A stretch of DNA of 64,000 nucleotides from Balanoglossus misakiensis (taxonomy: Eukaryota > Animalia > Hemichordata), in NCBI GenBank assembly GCA_040954595.2, contig CM082590.2, forward strand, positions 10,194,088 through 10,258,087, written 5' to 3'. A program made the translations under genes and the position numbers. This document shows positions 61,513 to 64,000 of this stretch, piece by piece; the first letter of the stretch is position 1, and each line of letters starts with the position of its first letter. Under the pieces are notes generated by a model. The model saw only the letters and a list, made by a program, of their open reading frames with translations. It did no database searches and was not told where the DNA came from.

Positions 61513-62620
61513 TATAAAGAAGGATGGTGTCAAGTAAACCATCTGCTATCAGTCGCGACAGTTTGTTCAACAAAAAAAATGATACACATCACCTTCTTGA
61601 GTCCCAGGGCACCATATTCTTAGAACCACTGATTTGAACATGATCACAGTGACTGGTAAGGTGATATTGTAGGAGTATGATATGCCGGTATAAAAATATA
61701 AAACGACAAACAGCGGTATGTATTGTAACTGATAATATGTCCAAAGTCTGGCATGTAAAGTATTGATGGCGGCATAATTCGCTGGGTATCGTTCGCATTT
61801 AATTGAGATCGGTTTTAGGACAATGCCTCGAATCAGAACCGCGCTGAATAATATCCGCTAGTCAAGCATGTTAATTGATCTGAGGCATTCCTCACAACAT
61901 GTAACATTTATCGAGTAGTGGCGGAGATCAGTATGACCGTCAATGTCATGACACCTGTTTCCTAGGTGATTGAATAGCGCTCTTTGCATCCGCAAGGCCT
62001 ACTGGGAATGCATACCCAGTGTTGCTATGGAGACGTGTACTCTTTGTCTCCAAATACACAGTGATAATGACAGTAGACATAGTGAGATTTGACCTGCAGT
62101 TTTCAGTGAAATAACATGTTCCTAGGTATATTTGGAATCAGAAGGCGAGCTTTAAGCCATTGAGCGAAGGCAACTTGTAACCCCAGAAATATTATAAGGC
62201 TGAAAGTTGAACGACTGTGGACATAAGTGGTGTTGACACGTTTATGCTTTTATAGTTAAACAGTGCCGGGTTGTATTTGAGACGCATGTCATCAAAGTTC
62301 ACTAAGTGTCTACATGACTGCAAGTGCACACAAAGGGTGGTTTGCCGCTTTATTTATCGACTGAAGATAACACAAAATGGGTTTGCGGAGGAAAAGTTTG
62401 CATAGGGACAAGTCATTGAGGGCATTGTCGTAAATTATTATTTTATTGAAACAGAAGCATTTTCTCCTTTGGCCCTTAGATCTCCTATTCGGCGATCCCA
62501 ATCTCAAGTTAAAGAGGTAAGATGACTTGAATTTTCACTGATCGAGGTGAGCAGGAACTGATACAGGTAAGGCGATCAGGTGACTGATATATTTGTCTTG
62601 TGAGTGAAACCTTCCTCTTT

Positions 62621-62711
62621 CTCTGTCTGTCTCTCTCAGCTCTCTCTCTCCCCTCTCCCCCTTTCTGTCTCTGTCTGTCTGTCTGTCTGTCTCTGTCTCT
62701 GTCTCTCTGTC

Positions 62712-62807
<96 letters not shown>
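62621..62807. repeat. CT/CTGT compound microsatellite
   Basis: (CTGT)n grading into (CT)n. Confidence 0.93.
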
Positions 62808-62808
<1 letters not shown>

Positions 62809-64000
62809 GACTAACTCTTTCTTTCTCTCAACACTTTATTTAATCTCCACTAACTCTCATCGACTATATCTGATTATATGTCGGACACCGTTACCTATAA
62901 ATTTTTCATCACATGTAAAGTTCAATTCTATCTTTAGCAAATATTTAAACGTCTTATGAACATTTTATCGCTCTTTGTAGAAAACACAATCATGGACGCT
63001 ATCACAACGTATTAAGCACGAGCGGTCACGATCCCTGTTCGTGTTTCTTTTTCACGATTGCAGCGACAGGGTGATTGATGTCTGTGTTGCAATAAGTAAA
63101 CATTACACCTAGGTTTGTCAGATTGATGGCAGGTCACTCCAACTACGGCTAGTGCTTCTCGACGGTAAAATGGAAGTCAAAACTTTGAGACAGCTGCAGG
63201 CTTCAATGGGTTTGATACTGCATTTGTACAATGTAACAAAATTATGAAAGCTCGGAGCAGCGCGGCGCCATCAACTTCACTATTCATCAGTTGTTACATT
63301 GTGGTCCTTTTCTGTTACATTTTTGGTCATTTGTGTTACATTTTAATCATTTGTGTTAATTTGTGTTATAATTTTTGTAATTTTTATTACATTTTGGTCA
63401 TTTATGTCTCCCTCAGTGTCGTGTTATTACTTCATAGTTGTTTTTCTATTTCATATTTTCCGTGTCTGTTTTCTAAGCTTTATATTGCACTTATGCTTCT
63501 TTTACATGCATGCTGTAATAAATGGAACCAGGACCCGGACGTAAATACTCATTGTGTTGATTGATAACTTTACAATGTTTGAATAAGAAAGTAGGACAAT
63601 GGGCTTTAATCTTAAACGCCCTCTCTGGAATTGGACTGTTGCCGACATATTTTGGAGAGTCGAATAAAACTCCCTACTTTATTGAGATATGTCTTGGAGT
63701 TTCTTTAATCGAGTTTACGAGTGATGTTTGTGTGTAAACATGTATTTACGGCGAAGACTTTGCATTAGAGATTACATGTAAAGGGCTCGACATGGTTGAA
63801 CACGGAGATAGTTGTATGGAACGTGAACGCTCAGACATGTTTGGCACAATAAACATGATAAACGTGTGTGTGCATGTGAAGAATCCACCACCACCACCAC
63901 CACCACCGTCATCATTGGAGAAAACGACATGGAAAAGGACATTGAAATACTCCGAGTATTTGTTTATTGTACTTTGTATTTGCATACGTTTTCACTTATT

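Overview
AT-rich, intron-rich animal genomic DNA, probably an invertebrate deuterostome (an inference from protein similarity and style, not proven). Splicing exons by hand at GT-AG boundaries gives ten protein-coding genes. In order: the 5' end of HIBADH (-), which the ORF track misses; a 13-exon ankyrin-repeat protein (+); cytosolic methionyl-tRNA synthetase MARS1 (-); a type II membrane lectin with F-type, EGF-like, F-type and C-type domains (+); ATP synthase subunit c (-); JAZF1 (+); ATXN7L3/SGF11 (+); an intronless double-BTB-BACK-Kelch protein (+); an orphan acidic Asp/Tyr-rich secreted protein (+); and an aminopeptidase N-like M1 peptidase (-). A 4.3-kb compound array of four unrelated tandem repeats (about 257, 254, 87 and 30 bp) lies between the divergent HIBADH and ankyrin promoters. 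Microsatellites and small MITE- or SINE-like repeats are scattered through the introns. The most notable observations are: (i) HIBADH, ATP5MC and JAZF1, whose human homologues flank the posterior side of the Hox clusters, sit within 30 kb of each other; (ii) the orphan DY-rich secreted precursor; (iii) the compound satellite array; (iv) unusual domain architectures in the lectin, ankyrin and Kelch proteins. Exon coordinates were read by eye and may be off by a few bases.
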